Part shown: piece by piece, positions 50,603 to 64,000 of the stretch
Layout: the number at the start of each line of letters is the position of its first letter
Position numbering within the stretch: position 1 is the stretch's first letter
Assembly: GCF_053078305.1 (NCBI RefSeq)
Contig: NZ_CP166879.1
Reading direction: 5' to 3' (one strand)
DNA: 64,000 nt
Notes under the pieces: generated by a model
Seen by the model: only the letters and a program-made list of their open reading frames with translations
What the model was told of the DNA's origin: nothing
Database searches by the model: none
Position numbers and translations under genes: made by a program

Positions 50603-52924
50603 TTAACGTTTTTTGCCCATTGCTGCCGCCAGCGCGTCCATCATCGCGCTGTTACCGGCAGGCTGCGCTTCACGACCGCGTGGTTTGGCTGCCGGGCGGT
50701 TGTTTTGCGGGCGATCGTTACTGCCGCCGCGACGAGAGTTGGTTTCGCCAGGCTGCTCGTCCAGACGCATAGTCAGGGCGATACGTTTACGCTGAAGATC
50801 CACTTCCAGCACTTTCACCTTCACAATGTCGCCCGCTTTCACCACGGTATGCGGATCTTCCACAAACTTGTTCGACAATGAAGAGATGTGAACCAGGCCG
50901 TCCTGATGCACGCCGATATCGACAAACGCGCCAAAGTTGGTGACGTTGGTGACAGCGCCTTCGAGGATCATACCCGGTTGCAGGTCGTTCATTGTCTCGA
51001 CGCCATCGGCAAACTGAGCGGTTTTAAATTCCGGACGCGGATCGCGACCCGGTTTTTCCAGCTCTTTGATGATGTCAGTTACTGTCGGCACACCGAATTT
51101 TTCATCAGTAAAGTCAGACGCTTTCAGGTTACGCAGTTCGCTGCTGTTACCCATCAGATCTTTCAGTGCCTGCTGTGTTGCTGCCAGAATGCGTTCCACC
51201 ACCGGATAGGCTTCCGGGTGAACGGTAGAGGCGTCCAGCGGGTTATCACCGTGGTTAATGCGCAGGAAGCCCGCGCACTGCTCGAAGGCTTTCGGCCCCA
51301 GACGGCTGACTTTCAGCAGTTGCTGACGGTTCTGGAACTGGCCGTTCTCATCGCGCCAGGCCACGATGTTTTGCGCCATCATGCGCGTCAGGCCCGCCAC
51401 GCGAGTTAATAGCGGAACAGAAGCGGTGTTGAGATCGACGCCAACGGCGTTTACGCAGTCTTCTACTACTGCATCCAGTTTGCGGGCTAGTTGCGTCTGG
51501 CTGACGTCATGCTGATACTGACCTACGCCGATAGATTTCGGATCGATTTTCACCAGCTCCGCCAGCGGATCCTGCAAACGGCGGGCGATAGAAACCGCGC
51601 CACGCAGCGAAACGTCGAGATCCGGGAACTCCTGCGCTGCCAGCTCGGAAGCCGAGTAAACCGACGCGCCAGCTTCGCTGACGATCACTTTCTGTGCGGT
51701 CACTTTCGGGAACTGCTTCTGCACGTCGAGATAGAAACGTTCGGTTTCGCGGGAAGCTGTACCGTTGCCGATCGCCACCAGTTCAACGTTATGCTTTTCA
51801 CACAGCGCAGCAACAGTCATCGCTGCTTTTGCGGCTTGTCCGGTGTGCGGGTAAATGGTATCGGTCGCTACCAGTTTGCCAGTGGCATCGACCACCGCCA
51901 CTTTTACCCCAGTACGCAGACCCGGATCGAGGCCCATCGTTGCACGCAGTCCGGCAGGGGCCGCCATCAGCAGATCGTGCAGGTTACGGGCAAAGACGTT
52001 GATTGCTTCATCTTCCGCGCGTTCGCGCACGGTGCCCATCAGTTCGGTTTCCAGATGCATCAGCACCTTGATGCGCCAGGTCCAGCTCACCACGCCTTTG
52101 CGCCAGCTATCCGCCGGAGCATTGTTCAGGCGCAGGCCGAGATGATCCATGATGATTTGCTCGCAATAGCTCTCTTTTGGCGGCTCATCGAACTGCGGAT
52201 CGGCATTCAGCGAAAGCTGGAGTACGCCTTCGTTACGCCCACGGAACATCGCCAGCGCGCGGTGAGAAGGCACCGTTGACAGCGGTTCGTGATGATCGAA
52301 ATAGTCGCGGAATTTCGCCCCTTCCTCTTCTTTACCGCTCACCACGGTTGAGACCAGATGCGCGTTCTTCCACAGATAATCACGCACTTTCGCCAGCAGC
52401 GCGGCATCTTCGGCAAACCGTTCCATCAGGATATAGCGCGCGCCGTCCAGCGCGGCTTTGGTATCTGCCACGCCTTTATCGGCATCAACATATTGTGCAG
52501 CGGCGACTTCTGGCGTGTGTGACGGATCGCTCCACAGCAGGTCAGCCAACGGCTCAAGCCCTGCTTCAATGGCGATTTGCCCGCGGGTGCGGCGTTTAGG
52601 TTTGTAGGGCAGGTAGAGGTCTTCGAGTTCGGTTTTGCTTAGGGTGGCGTTGATGGCCTTCGCCAGATCATCGGTGAGTTTGCCTTGCTCGGAAATGGAC
52701 TTGAGGATCGCCTGACGTCTCTCTTCCAGCTCGCGCAGGTATCCCAGACGCGTTTCCAGATTACGCAGCTGCGTGTCATCCAGACCGCCGGTGATTTCCT
52801 TACGATAACGTGCAATAAAAGGCACGGTATTCCCTTCGTCAAGCAGGCGAACGGCAGCGTCAACCTGTTCCGGGCGCGCCTGAATTTCACCCGCAATAAT
52901 GCGGCAGAACGAATCATTCATCAT
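50603..52924 (-). CDS. yhgF: Tex-like transcription accessory protein with C-terminal S1 domain
   Basis: 773-aa ORF of the length and position expected between feoA and greB; domain content not verified here. Confidence 0.92.
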   Translation of the reverse strand: MMNDSFCRIIAGEIQARPEQVDAAVRLLDEGNTVPFIARYRKEITGGLDDTQLRNLETRLGYLRELEERRQAILKSISEQGKLTDDLAKAINATLSKTELEDLYLPYKPKRRTRGQIAIEAGLEPLADLLWSDPSHTPEVAAAQYVDADKGVADTKAALDGARYILMERFAEDAALLAKVRDYLWKNAHLVSTVVSGKEEEGAKFRDYFDHHEPLSTVPSHRALAMFRGRNEGVLQLSLNADPQFDEPPKESYCEQIIMDHLGLRLNNAPADSWRKGVVSWTWRIKVLMHLETELMGTVRERAEDEAINVFARNLHDLLMAAPAGLRATMGLDPGLRTGVKVAVVDATGKLVATDTIYPHTGQAAKAAMTVAALCEKHNVELVAIGNGTASRETERFYLDVQKQFPKVTAQKVIVSEAGASVYSASELAAQEFPDLDVSLRGAVSIARRLQDPLAELVKIDPKSIGVGQYQHDVSQTQLARKLDAVVEDCVNAVGVDLNTASVPLLTRVAGLTRMMAQNIVAWRDENGQFQNRQQLLKVSRLGPKAFEQCAGFLRINHGDNPLDASTVHPEAYPVVERILAATQQALKDLMGNSSELRNLKASDFTDEKFGVPTVTDIIKELEKPGRDPRPEFKTAQFADGVETMNDLQPGMILEGAVTNVTNFGAFVDIGVHQDGLVHISSLSNKFVEDPHTVVKAGDIVKVKVLEVDLQRKRIALTMRLDEQPGETNSRRGGSNDRPQNNRPAAKPRGREAQPAGNSAMMDALAAAMGKKR

Positions 52925-53020
52925 GGTTTGAGTTCATCTTTTCGGATCAAAAATCAGGGGATAGTTATACGGACTGGCTGGCAAAAATGCCAGCCATCGG
53001 CAGGAGGTTAAGACTCTTCC

Positions 53021-53497
53021 TTACGGTTTCACGTACTCGATAGCATTAACATACCAGCTCGCTTCCCCGGCAGGTGTATTCACCACCGCCAGATCGCCGA
53101 CTTCTTTTTTCAGCAATGCGCGGGCCATCGGGGAATCGATAGAGATGTAATCTTTACGGCCAAAAATTTCATCGTAGCCGACAATACGGAAACGGTGAGT
53201 CACGCCATCGTCGTTTTCAATCTCCACCCACGCGCCAAAAAAGACTTTGCCTTCCTGCTGCGGGGAGTAATCGACGATTTTGAGATTTTCCATGCATTTA
53301 GTGAGATAGCGCACGCGACGGTCGATTTCACGCAGGCGCTTTTTATTATACTGATAGTCAGCATTTTCGCTGCGGTCGCCCAGACTTGCGGCCCAGGTCA
53401 CCTTTTTTGTGACCTCCGGGCGTTCTTCACGCCAGAGATAATTTAGCTCTTGTTTGAGTTTTTCATACCCTTCCCGGGTAACCAGGGGCGTTTTCAT
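53021..53497 (-). CDS. greB: Transcript cleavage factor GreB
   Basis: Start placed at MKTPLVTREGYEKLKQELNYLW (158 aa). Confidence 0.93.
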   Translation of the reverse strand: MKTPLVTREGYEKLKQELNYLWREERPEVTKKVTWAASLGDRSENADYQYNKKRLREIDRRVRYLTKCMENLKIVDYSPQQEGKVFFGAWVEIENDDGVTHRFRIVGYDEIFGRKDYISIDSPMARALLKKEVGDLAVVNTPAGEASWYVNAIEYVKP

Positions 53498-53724
53498 CTC
53501 GTTGATTCCCTTTGTCTGTTTGATAATGCGCACATTGGGTATAACGTGATCATATCAACAGAATCAATAATGTTTCGCCGAATAAATTGTATACTTAAGC
53601 TGCTGTTTAATATGCTTTGTAACAATTTAGGCTGAAATTCATACCAGATTTAGCTGGTGACGAACGTGAGCTTTTTTAAGAATACACGCTTACAAATTGT
53701 TGCGAACCTTTGGGAGTACAAACA

Positions 53725-55793
<2,069 letters not shown>

Positions 55794-55798
55794 ATAAA

Positions 55799-55828
55799 CG
55801 GGAGGCGAAGGTGCCTCCCGTTTTGCTT
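55799..55828. terminator. Bidirectional Rho-independent terminator between convergent envZ and pck
   Basis: Hairpin cgggaggc gaaggt gcctcccg followed by ttttgctttc. Confidence 0.7.
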
Positions 55829-55868
55829 TCTATAAGATACTGGATAGATATTCTCCAGCTTCAAGTCA

Positions 55869-57491
55869 TTACAGTTTCGGACCAGCCGCTACCAGCGCGG
55901 CACCCGCAGGGGTGTCGGTGTATTTATCAAAGTTGTCGATAAACAGTTTCGCCAGGGTTTCGGCTTTTTCCTGCCACTGTTCCGGGGAAGCGTAGGTGTT
56001 ACGCGGATCGAGAATCTTCGTGTCTACGCCCGGCAGTTCGGTTGGGATCGCCAGGTTAAACATCGGCAGAGTGAAGGTTTCTGCATTATCCAGCGAACCG
56101 TTGAGGATAGCGTCGATAATGGCGCGGGTATCTTTAATCGAGATACGTTTGCCAGTGCCGTTCCAGCCAGTGTTAACCAGATAAGCCTGCGCGCCCGCCG
56201 CCTGCATACGTTTCACCAGCACTTCTGCGTACTGAGTCGGGTGCAGCGACAGGAATGCCGCGCCGAAGCAAGCGGAGAAGGTTGGCGTCGGTTCGGTGAT
56301 GCCACGCTCAGTACCGGCCAGTTTGGCGGTGAAGCCAGAGAGGAAGTGGTACTGGGTTTGATCGGCAGTCAGACGAGAAACCGGCGGCAGCACACCAAAG
56401 GCGTCTGCGGTCAGGAAGATAACTTTCGTTGCGTGACCCGCTTTTGAAACCGGCTTAACGATGTTATCGATGTGATAGATCGGATAAGAAACGCGGGTGT
56501 TCTCGGTTTTTGAACCATCATCAAAGTCGATAGTGCCATCTTCACGCACGGTGACGTTTTCCAGCAGCGCATCGCGACGGATAGCGTTGTAGATTTCAGG
56601 TTCCGCTTCTTTCGACAGCTTGATAGTTTTTGCGTAGCAGCCGCCTTCGAAGTTAAACACGCCGTCATCGTCCCAGCCGTGTTCGTCATCGCCAATCAGG
56701 CGACGTTTCGGGTCGGTGGAAAGGGTGGTTTTACCGGTGCCGGAAAGGCCGAAGAACACCGCAACATCGCCTTTCTCGCCAACGTTGGCGGAGCAGTGCA
56801 TAGAAGCGATACCTTTCAGCGGCAGCAGGTAGTTCATCATCGAGAACATCCCTTTCTTCATTTCGCCGCCATACCAGGTGCCGCCAATCAGCTGCATGCG
56901 CTCGGTCAGGTTAAAAGCCACGAAGTTTTCGGAATTCAGACCCTGTTCTTTCCACTGCGGGTTAGTGCACTTCGCGCCGTTCATAACGATAAAGTCTGGT
57001 TTGAAACCTGCCAACTCTTCATCGCTCGGGCGAATAAACATGTTTTTGACAAAATGCGCCTGCCAGGCCACTTCGGTGATGAAACGGACGGAAAGACGAG
57101 TATCCGGGTTCGCACCACAGAAGGCGTCGACAACGAACAGACGTTTGCCGGAAAGCTGTTTGGTCACCAGGCCTTTCAGATGTTGCCAGGTTTCCGGAGA
57201 GAGAGGTTTGTTATCGTTCTTACCTTTGCCTTTGTCTGCCCACCAGAAAGTATCGCGAGTGGTATCGTCACGGACGATATACTTATCTTTTGGTGAACGA
57301 CCGGTGAAGATCCCGGTATCGACGGCAACGGCACCCAGATTAGTTAACACCCCGCGCTCATAACCTGTCAGGCTCGGATCGAGCTCTTCCTGATACAGCA
57401 GGTCGTAGCTTGGGTTGTAAACGATATCATGTACGTCACTGATACCATAAGCCTCGAGTTCTTGCGGGGTCAAACCATTGTTAACGCGCAT
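55869..57491 (-). CDS. pck: Phosphoenolpyruvate carboxykinase (ATP)
   Basis: 540 aa; kinase-1a motif GLSGTGKTT. Confidence 0.96.
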
Positions 57492-57870
57492 TTCACTGCT
57501 CCTTAGCCAAGTATGTATTGCCTGAATAGTAAAGTCTTTTTGGGGGTGTTAACCGCGACAAGGCTCATAGATTTACGTATCTGGAGAAATTCATATTTGA
57601 CAAAAAACTCCGTGATTCCTGTCACGAAACGGTTGCTATTATCGCAGAAATAGCATTTTAGGTGTGGAAAATGTTCTCAAAAGGTTAAATCTTGGTTTAT
57701 ATGGCGGGAATATTGTGAGTGGAATCGCATTCCTGAATGAAATTGATGCAAATTCAACCGGTAAAGTATCGATTCACCACGCTAACTTTTTTTGATTATT
57801 TTCTGAAAAAAGCAAAATACTACTGCCCGGATGCGATAATTAACCCACCTTTTGATTCTGGATAACCAAC

Positions 57871-59595
57871 ATGGATAACGTTGAACTTTCACCCGCAACA
57901 CGCTGGGGGATGATTGCTACCGGATTACTTCAGGGGCTGGTTTGCTATCTGCTGATCGCCTGGCTTGCCGGAAAAAATCACAGTTGGATTGTTTATGGCG
58001 TGCCTGCGACCGTTGCGTTTTCATCCGTTTTACTCTTCTCCGTGATCTCTTTTAAACAGAAGCGCCTTTGGGGATGGCTGGCGCTGGTGTTTATTGCCAC
58101 GCTGGGGATGAGCGGCTGGTTGAAGTGGCAAACTGATGGCATGAACCCCTGGAGAGCTGAAAAGGCGCTTTGGGATTTTGGCTGCTATCTGCTGCTGATG
58201 GCAATGTTGTTGCTACCGTGGATACAACAAAGCCTTCGTATCCGCAATGACAGTAGCCGCTATCGCTATTTTTACCAGTCAGTATGGCATAACGTACTTA
58301 TATTACAGGTTATTTTTCTCGCCAATGGCCTGACGTGGCTGGTGCTTTTACTGTGGGGTGAGTTGTTTAAACTTGTTGGCATCACGTTTTTCAATACGCT
58401 CTTTTTTGCAACCGACTGGTTTATGTATCTTACATTAGGTCTGGTTACCGCGCTGGCGGTGATCCTCGCGCGAACACAGTCACGTTTAATCGACTCTATT
58501 CAAAAGTTGTTCACGTTAATCGCCACGGGGTTGCTGCCGTTAGTATCATTGCTAACCCTGATGTTTATCATCACCCTGCCGTTTACAGGCCTGAGTGCGA
58601 TTTCTCGCCACATCTCCGCCGCTGGGTTGCTGTTAACGCTGGCCTTTTTGCAATTGATCTTAATGGCTATTGTCCGCGATCCGCAAAAAGCGTCACTTCC
58701 CTGGACGGGGCCGTTGCGTTGCCTGATTAAAACCGCTTTGCTGGTTGCTCCGCTGTATGTGTTCGTCGCCGCCTGGGCGTTATGGCTGCGGGTCGCTCAG
58801 TACGGCTGGACTGTCGACCGCTTGCAGGGCGCGCTGGCGGTGCTGGTGTTACTGGTATGGTCGCTGGGGTATTTTGTCAGTATCGTATGGCGCAAAGGGC
58901 AAAATCCCCTTGTTCTTCAGGGCAAAGTGAACCTTGCGGTTTCGTTATTGGTGTTGGTAATACTGGTGCTTCTTAATTCTCCGGTGCTGGACAGTATGCG
59001 CATTAGCGTGAACAGTCATATGGCGCGTTATCAGAGTGGCAAAAACACGCCAGACCAGGTAACTATCTACATGCTCGAACAGAGCGGTCGCTATGGACGT
59101 GCGGCGCTTGAGTCGCTGAAAAGCGATGCCGGGTTTATGAAAGACCCGAAACGTGCGCGGGATCTGTTGATGGCGTTAGATGGAGAGCAACATCTTCAGC
59201 AACAGATATCGGAAAAAGTATTAGCCGAAAATGTGTTAATTGCCCCTGGTTCTGGTAAACCGGATGCGACATTCTGGTCGGCCTTAATCCAGGATCGCTA
59301 TAACGTGATGACCTGTATTGAAAAAGACGCCTGCGTACTGGTCGAGCAAGATCTGAATAGTGATGGCAGGGCAGAGCGGATCCTCTTTGCCTTTGATGAT
59401 GAAAGATACATTGTCTATGGCTTTGATCCTGACAAGAAAGAATGGCAAGAGCTTACGATGAGTTTACTTCCGCGTGATATAACGAAAGAAAAATTACTCA
59501 CAGCTGCGAAGGATGGAAAACTGGGAACGAAGCCCAAAGCGTGGCGCGATCTTGTAGTGGATGGTGAAAGGCTGGATGTGAATCTGAATGAGTGA
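57871..59595 (+). CDS. yhgE: Inner-membrane protein YhgE (polytopic)
   Basis: 574-aa hydrophobic ORF between pck and hslO. Confidence 0.85.
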   Translation: MDNVELSPATRWGMIATGLLQGLVCYLLIAWLAGKNHSWIVYGVPATVAFSSVLLFSVISFKQKRLWGWLALVFIATLGMSGWLKWQTDGMNPWRAEKALWDFGCYLLLMAMLLLPWIQQSLRIRNDSSRYRYFYQSVWHNVLILQVIFLANGLTWLVLLLWGELFKLVGITFFNTLFFATDWFMYLTLGLVTALAVILARTQSRLIDSIQKLFTLIATGLLPLVSLLTLMFIITLPFTGLSAISRHISAAGLLLTLAFLQLILMAIVRDPQKASLPWTGPLRCLIKTALLVAPLYVFVAAWALWLRVAQYGWTVDRLQGALAVLVLLVWSLGYFVSIVWRKGQNPLVLQGKVNLAVSLLVLVILVLLNSPVLDSMRISVNSHMARYQSGKNTPDQVTIYMLEQSGRYGRAALESLKSDAGFMKDPKRARDLLMALDGEQHLQQQISEKVLAENVLIAPGSGKPDATFWSALIQDRYNVMTCIEKDACVLVEQDLNSDGRAERILFAFDDERYIVYGFDPDKKEWQELTMSLLPRDITKEKLLTAAKDGKLGTKPKAWRDLVVDGERLDVNLNE

Positions 59596-59625
59596 CAAAG
59601 CGCATCAGGTGTATTAGTCGTAAAA

Positions 59626-59649
59626 TCCGGCAGAGCCCTCTCTGCCGGA
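59626..59649. terminator. Inverted repeat tccggcagag...tctgccgga between convergent yhgE and hslO
   Basis: 9-10-bp stem seen in the sequence; weak U-tract. Confidence 0.45.
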
Positions 59650-59657
59650 CATACTCA

Positions 59658-60536
59658 TTAATGAACTTGCGGATCTGCCGGAGACGCGTTGTTGCGGATT
59701 TCAGCAATATCCATCGCATTGAACAGATAGTGGTTACCGCAGTAATCACAATGCATGTCAATTTCGCCATCTTCCGCCAGGATGCTATCGACTTCTTCAT
59801 CAGGCAGCGTTTTCAGCGCATCGGCGCAACGTTCACGCGAGCAGGTGCATTTGAACTCCACATCCTGCGGATCGTAAACCGTCACCTCTTCTTCGTGATA
59901 CAAACGCCACAACACTTCGTTTGCCGGTAAGGTCAGCAGTTCTTCGGTTTTGATGGTTTCGGTTAGCGTCGCCAGGTGGTCGAAGTCGTCCTGCTGGGCA
60001 TTTTGCGCAGGCATTACCTGCAACAACATACCGCCTGCAGCCGGTTTGCCGTCTACGTCGCCGGTGCGAATAAACAGGCGCGTCGGCAGCTGTTCAGAAC
60101 GCATAAAGTAATCTTCCAGGCAGGCCGCCAGGGTATCACCTTCCAGACCAACTACGCCCTGATAGCGTTCGCCTTCGCTCGGGGTAATGGTGATCACCAC
60201 GTAACCATTGCCGACCAGCGTTTTCAGGTCGGCATTTTCTGGAATTTCGCCCTGCACGCGCGCCACACCGCGCATCTGCTGGTTGTTGTTACCGTTAATA
60301 ACCGCCAGATTCATCGGACCGTCGCCTTGCAGCTGTACGGTGATATCACCATCAAACTTCAGCGTAGCGGTTAACAGGCTGGTCGCAACCAGCAGTTCTG
60401 CCAGCACGTTTTTAACGGGCTGCGGATAATCGTGATTCTCAAGGATCTGTTGCAGGGTTTCCGAAACGGTTACCAGTTCGCCGCGAACGGCAAAGTTTTC
60501 AAACAGATAGCGATGTAATTGGTCATGTTGCGGCAT
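59658..60536 (-). CDS. hslO: Redox-regulated chaperone Hsp33
   Basis: Start placed at [15 protein letters not shown] (292 aa; the ORF track starts 2 codons earlier at MIM); C-terminal zinc centre CTCSRERC...CDYCG. Confidence 0.93.
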   Translation of the reverse strand: MPQHDQLHRYLFENFAVRGELVTVSETLQQILENHDYPQPVKNVLAELLVATSLLTATLKFDGDITVQLQGDGPMNLAVINGNNNQQMRGVARVQGEIPENADLKTLVGNGYVVITITPSEGERYQGVVGLEGDTLAACLEDYFMRSEQLPTRLFIRTGDVDGKPAAGGMLLQVMPAQNAQQDDFDHLATLTETIKTEELLTLPANEVLWRLYHEEEVTVYDPQDVEFKCTCSRERCADALKTLPDEEVDSILAEDGEIDMHCDYCGNHYLFNAMDIAEIRNNASPADPQVH

Positions 60537-60560
60537 AATCATCTCTCTTGCAGGTGACAG

Positions 60561-60962
60561 TTATTCACTGTCGCCGTGTTTAAATCGTAACAGGTCGCGG
60601 CGCTCTTTTTTGTCCGGGCGTCGGTCCGGATGCGGCATGGTTAAGGCATTAAGTTTACGTGCCAGCGCCATTTTTTCGCGTTTCTCTACACTTTCCGCAG
60701 TCTCTTCATACAGTAAGGCTGCCTCGCTGGCGGGGCGACGCTGTTCAGTAATCGCCTTTACAATCACCGTGCGTTCGTCATTTCCCTGGCGCAGAGTGAG
60801 CGTGGCATTCAGCTCGACGATTTTGCTCGGCTTGCTGCGCTGCCCGTTGTAATGCACCTTACCGCCTTCAATCATTTCACGGGCCAGCGCGCGGGTTTTA
60901 TAAAAACGGGCAGCCCATAGCCATTTATCCAGTCGAACCTCAACAGCAGGTTTTTCTTTCAT
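60561..60962 (-). CDS. hslR: Heat-shock protein Hsp15 (ribosome-associated, S4-like RNA-binding)
   Basis: 133-aa ORF immediately upstream of hslO on the same strand. Confidence 0.93.
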   Translation of the reverse strand: MKEKPAVEVRLDKWLWAARFYKTRALAREMIEGGKVHYNGQRSKPSKIVELNATLTLRQGNDERTVIVKAITEQRRPASEAALLYEETAESVEKREKMALARKLNALTMPHPDRRPDKKERRDLLRFKHGDSE

Positions 60963-60972
60963 GGCGTCTCCT

Positions 60973-61641
60973 TCACATTAGCGAGGGGATCAGGCGGCGG
61001 TAGTCATTCAGTGACGGATGGCGTTGATACTGTTTCTCGGCAATCCCTGAGTCAGGATTAGTCACGCCGAGGCAGTAACGAATACCAAATTGCGCGGCAG
61101 CATCGAGAATCGCTTCGCTGTCATCAATAAACAGCGTTCTTTCAGCTTTCAGACCCGTAGCTTCGGCCACCGCATGCCATAACCGCTGATCCTCTTTCGG
61201 ATAACCAAATGTGTGGGTGGAAAGTAATAAATCAAGGTGTGCGTCCAGACCGGTATGCTCAAGTTTTACCGCCAGGTTGTGCGGATGCGCATTGGTGAGC
61301 AAAATTCGCTGCTTACCGCTGGCTTTCAGTGCCTCAAGAAACGGAATGGTATCTTCACGCAGTACGGCACGCGGTCCCATCTCGGTGGTCATCGCACAGA
61401 TATCCAGACCCAGTTGCTCACTCCAGTAATCAAGACAGTACCAGTTTAGCGTATGCTGTACGTCGTGATATTGCTGGCGCATATATTCCATCGCTTCCTG
61501 TGGCGTAACCCCGTTTTTCGCGCCCCATGTTTCAGGCACCAGCTTTTGCCAGAAATAGTTATCGAAGGCGAGGTCGAGCAACGTGCCGTCCATATCCAGC
61601 AGAACGGTATCTACGTCCTGCCAGGCAATGTTGATATGCAT
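60973..61641 (-). CDS. yrfG: HAD-superfamily phosphatase
   Basis: Start placed at MHINIAWQDVDTVLLDMDGTLLDL (222 aa); HAD motif I DxDGT. Confidence 0.9.
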   Translation of the reverse strand: MHINIAWQDVDTVLLDMDGTLLDLAFDNYFWQKLVPETWGAKNGVTPQEAMEYMRQQYHDVQHTLNWYCLDYWSEQLGLDICAMTTEMGPRAVLREDTIPFLEALKASGKQRILLTNAHPHNLAVKLEHTGLDAHLDLLLSTHTFGYPKEDQRLWHAVAEATGLKAERTLFIDDSEAILDAAAQFGIRYCLGVTNPDSGIAEKQYQRHPSLNDYRRLIPSLM

Positions 61642-61705
61642 GAGGAAAATCTCCAGAGTGAAGCAATTTGCGCGACAGGGTAGCATAACCTGCCGCGCAA
61701 ACGTG

Positions 61706-63841
61706 TTATTCGATAAGGCTTTCTGAAGGGGTGATCAGTTGCGGGTTCAGGCAGCTTTCATAATAGGCCTGAATCTTCATCATGCGAGTGCGATGACGCT
61801 GGTAACGCCGCCAGGCCTGTACGCCATTATAAATGGCGCTACCCAGCATCGTCAGTAGCAGCAGCGTGGTGCTGAGATAGCGCCACAGGCCGGAACGATC
61901 CGGGATCGGATGAAGGCCTATATGCTGCGTACCATTGGCGTCAGTGAAGATTTTTGTGACGATACCCTCGGCGTTAAACGGCGTATGCATCAGCATTTGT
62001 GCCAGTTTCTGGAAAGCGTTCCACTGTTCTTGCGGCGGGTAGTCGTAAAGTGATGCCGAAGGCCAGGGCTGATCAACAAAATCGCTGCCTTCGTCGCTGA
62101 CAATCAGGAATCCGCCGGGGGCCGGACTGTTTAGTGATTGTGCCGCTCGCGCCGTTTCATGCGTGATAAACGGCGCGGTGGAGGTTGCCACCAGGTTATC
62201 CAGCGATTCCGCACTCACCGGGCGTAATAACACATTCACGCCATCGAGCTTCCCGGCGTTGGCGCGTTTTACCAGCGCGTCCCAGTCTTTACTGTTGCCG
62301 AGATTGACCAGCGCATTTTTCAGTCGCACACAGTCATCTTTGGCAGAACACAGATCCGCTGTCTTCAGTACAATGTCGCCAAAATCATCAAGCAATACCA
62401 TGCCGGATTTTTGAATTGCTGAACGTAATGAGGCGCTGACGCGAGATTCATCTTCCGGTTTAGGGTGCAGCTGGCGATTAACTGCTTCAGTCAATGCCGT
62501 CGCTTTGTTGACCAGTTCAGATTCTGGTAATGGCAATGAGCGGGCGTCGTTCCAGATGATCTGCGAGCAGTCAAACGGTAAAAAAGGTGAATTGGTTTTC
62601 GCGCTCCAGGTTCCGGAAGTGCGAATATTACACATTCCCGTACCGCTAATACGCAATGTATCGCCTACCCGCACGCCAGCGTCAGCCAGTTGTTTTACGC
62701 TGGTGGCTTCAATGGTCTGCGCACCTTTCATCCATGAGAGAGTGAATTTCAGCGGCATATCCAGCGGGATCCAGAATAACAGCATAAACAGCACCAGCAG
62801 CGAGCCCGCAGCGATAATCGTACTGCGCAGCCAGTGCTGTAACGGAAAGTTTTTTACTTCATCATGCAGCGAAAGATATCGTCCCTGACGCACTACATGG
62901 CGGTCGAGATAGATATCGATATCGGTTTGTTGACCGAGATCCTGAGCAATGTATGGCTGCCAGTGTGCGGGATAGACCAGGTCGATAATACCGAGTGAAA
63001 TATTGTTGATCTGTTCCTGATCGTTTTCGCCAAACAATCCCCAACGACGGGGTGTACCGCGCAGACAATGAATTTCCCGCAGGGAGGATTTTGCCGGGGG
63101 GGCGAATAGCCCCCACAGACCTGCGCCCAGCAGCAGTAACGCGCCACCTGCCAGCCACGGAACAAATACATCCGGGGTAATCAGGCAGAAAAAGAACATC
63201 AGGAAGGAGGCGACGATCAGCAACGCTTCACGCAGCCCGCGCGGACGACTCAGCGCATATTCTTCATGCGTTTCTTTGCGAATATTGAGTAGCTCGATTT
63301 GCTCACTCTCTTCCCCGCGAATCGACGCCTGCGTGGACGGAACAGGTTGCAAGGCATAGCCGCGCGTTTCCTGCATGTACTCCTGCAGCGTATGACCGTT
63401 GAGTGAAATAACCAACGGCAGCGAATCGGTATGAATCAGTTCAACGGTATTCTCATCGTTGATGTACTGTTCCCAGAAGGGGGGCAGGTGGACTTCTACC
63501 GAATCGAGGTAGTAACGCCATTTATTCGGATCGTCGGTAGAGATGCCGTAACGTGTGATAGCGTGTGTCAGCATCATGACGTTGTTGCTTTCGGCATTCA
63601 GCGCCAGAGAGATCGGTGCCGCGCTGGCTCCCGTTGGGCCAGGCACCTGTAATACCTGCGTCAGGCTCTCAAGATAATTTTCAACGGCGCTACGTTCTTC
63701 AGGTGTGAGTTTACGCGTTTGCGCATCCGCGAAGGCGTTGGTCCAGGGCAGCTGACGCCGTCTGGATCGCACTTTTATCAGCCATCCCGCAAGTAGTGAG
63801 CAGGCCAGCAAAGCAGCTAAAAAAATCACAATGGTGCTCAT
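61706..63841 (-). CDS. igaA: Inner-membrane repressor of the Rcs phosphorelay (IgaA/YrfF)
   Basis: 711-aa membrane ORF at the expected position upstream of yrfG-hslR-hslO. Confidence 0.92.
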   Translation of the reverse strand: MSTIVIFLAALLACSLLAGWLIKVRSRRRQLPWTNAFADAQTRKLTPEERSAVENYLESLTQVLQVPGPTGASAAPISLALNAESNNVMMLTHAITRYGISTDDPNKWRYYLDSVEVHLPPFWEQYINDENTVELIHTDSLPLVISLNGHTLQEYMQETRGYALQPVPSTQASIRGEESEQIELLNIRKETHEEYALSRPRGLREALLIVASFLMFFFCLITPDVFVPWLAGGALLLLGAGLWGLFAPPAKSSLREIHCLRGTPRRWGLFGENDQEQINNISLGIIDLVYPAHWQPYIAQDLGQQTDIDIYLDRHVVRQGRYLSLHDEVKNFPLQHWLRSTIIAAGSLLVLFMLLFWIPLDMPLKFTLSWMKGAQTIEATSVKQLADAGVRVGDTLRISGTGMCNIRTSGTWSAKTNSPFLPFDCSQIIWNDARSLPLPESELVNKATALTEAVNRQLHPKPEDESRVSASLRSAIQKSGMVLLDDFGDIVLKTADLCSAKDDCVRLKNALVNLGNSKDWDALVKRANAGKLDGVNVLLRPVSAESLDNLVATSTAPFITHETARAAQSLNSPAPGGFLIVSDEGSDFVDQPWPSASLYDYPPQEQWNAFQKLAQMLMHTPFNAEGIVTKIFTDANGTQHIGLHPIPDRSGLWRYLSTTLLLLTMLGSAIYNGVQAWRRYQRHRTRMMKIQAYYESCLNPQLITPSESLIE

Positions 63842-64000
63842 GCTTTCCCCATCTTACTTAGTCTGTCAGGCGTGGTCAGTCGCACCGGACACAATACATG
63901 ATTCTGCGGTTGGCTATCGGCAAGCGTGGAGTTTAACTTGAGCATCATTAAGCACATCACAGTAACCGCTGATCATAGCAAACCCTCTGAAGGCGGAATA

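Overview
This window reads as an Escherichia coli-type chromosomal segment, syntenic (from memory of the K-12 map, not a database search) with the yhhZ-ryhB-gntRKU-asd-glgBXCAP-glpD-glpEGR-rtcRBA-malT-malPQ-gntT-nfuA-gntX-bioH-yhgA-feoABC-yhgF-greB-ompR-envZ-pck-yhgE-hslOR-yrfG-igaA region. Most of it is conserved core metabolism: gluconate uptake, glycogen synthesis and breakdown, glycerol-3-phosphate, maltodextrin, ferrous iron uptake, the OmpR/EnvZ two-component system, PEP carboxykinase and Hsp33/Hsp15. I recognised the RyhB sRNA with its Fur box, the sigma-54 promoter of rtcBA, GntR and GlpR operators, the CsrA-bound glgC leader and several REP elements. Four places look accessory. (1) Between gntU and yhgN there is a translationally coupled two-gene module that I do not remember in K-12: a RecQ-family helicase fused to a ComF-like, apparently degenerate phosphoribosyltransferase domain, followed by a DprA/Smf-like protein. 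This is the best candidate for an undescribed system, possibly an ssDNA-sensing anti-phage or anti-MGE module. (2) Between rtcA and malT sits a DUF1778 antitoxin / GNAT acetyltransferase toxin pair. (3) At the left edge, an AT-rich orphan Hcp-HNH nuclease effector (yhhZ) overlaps the start of a candidate immunity gene. (4) Between glgP and glpD there is an intact membrane-anchored solute-binding-domain protein plus two AT-rich uncharacterised genes. I found no rRNA, tRNA, CRISPR array, IS element or integrase. Coordinates of short sites were counted by hand and may be off by a few bases.
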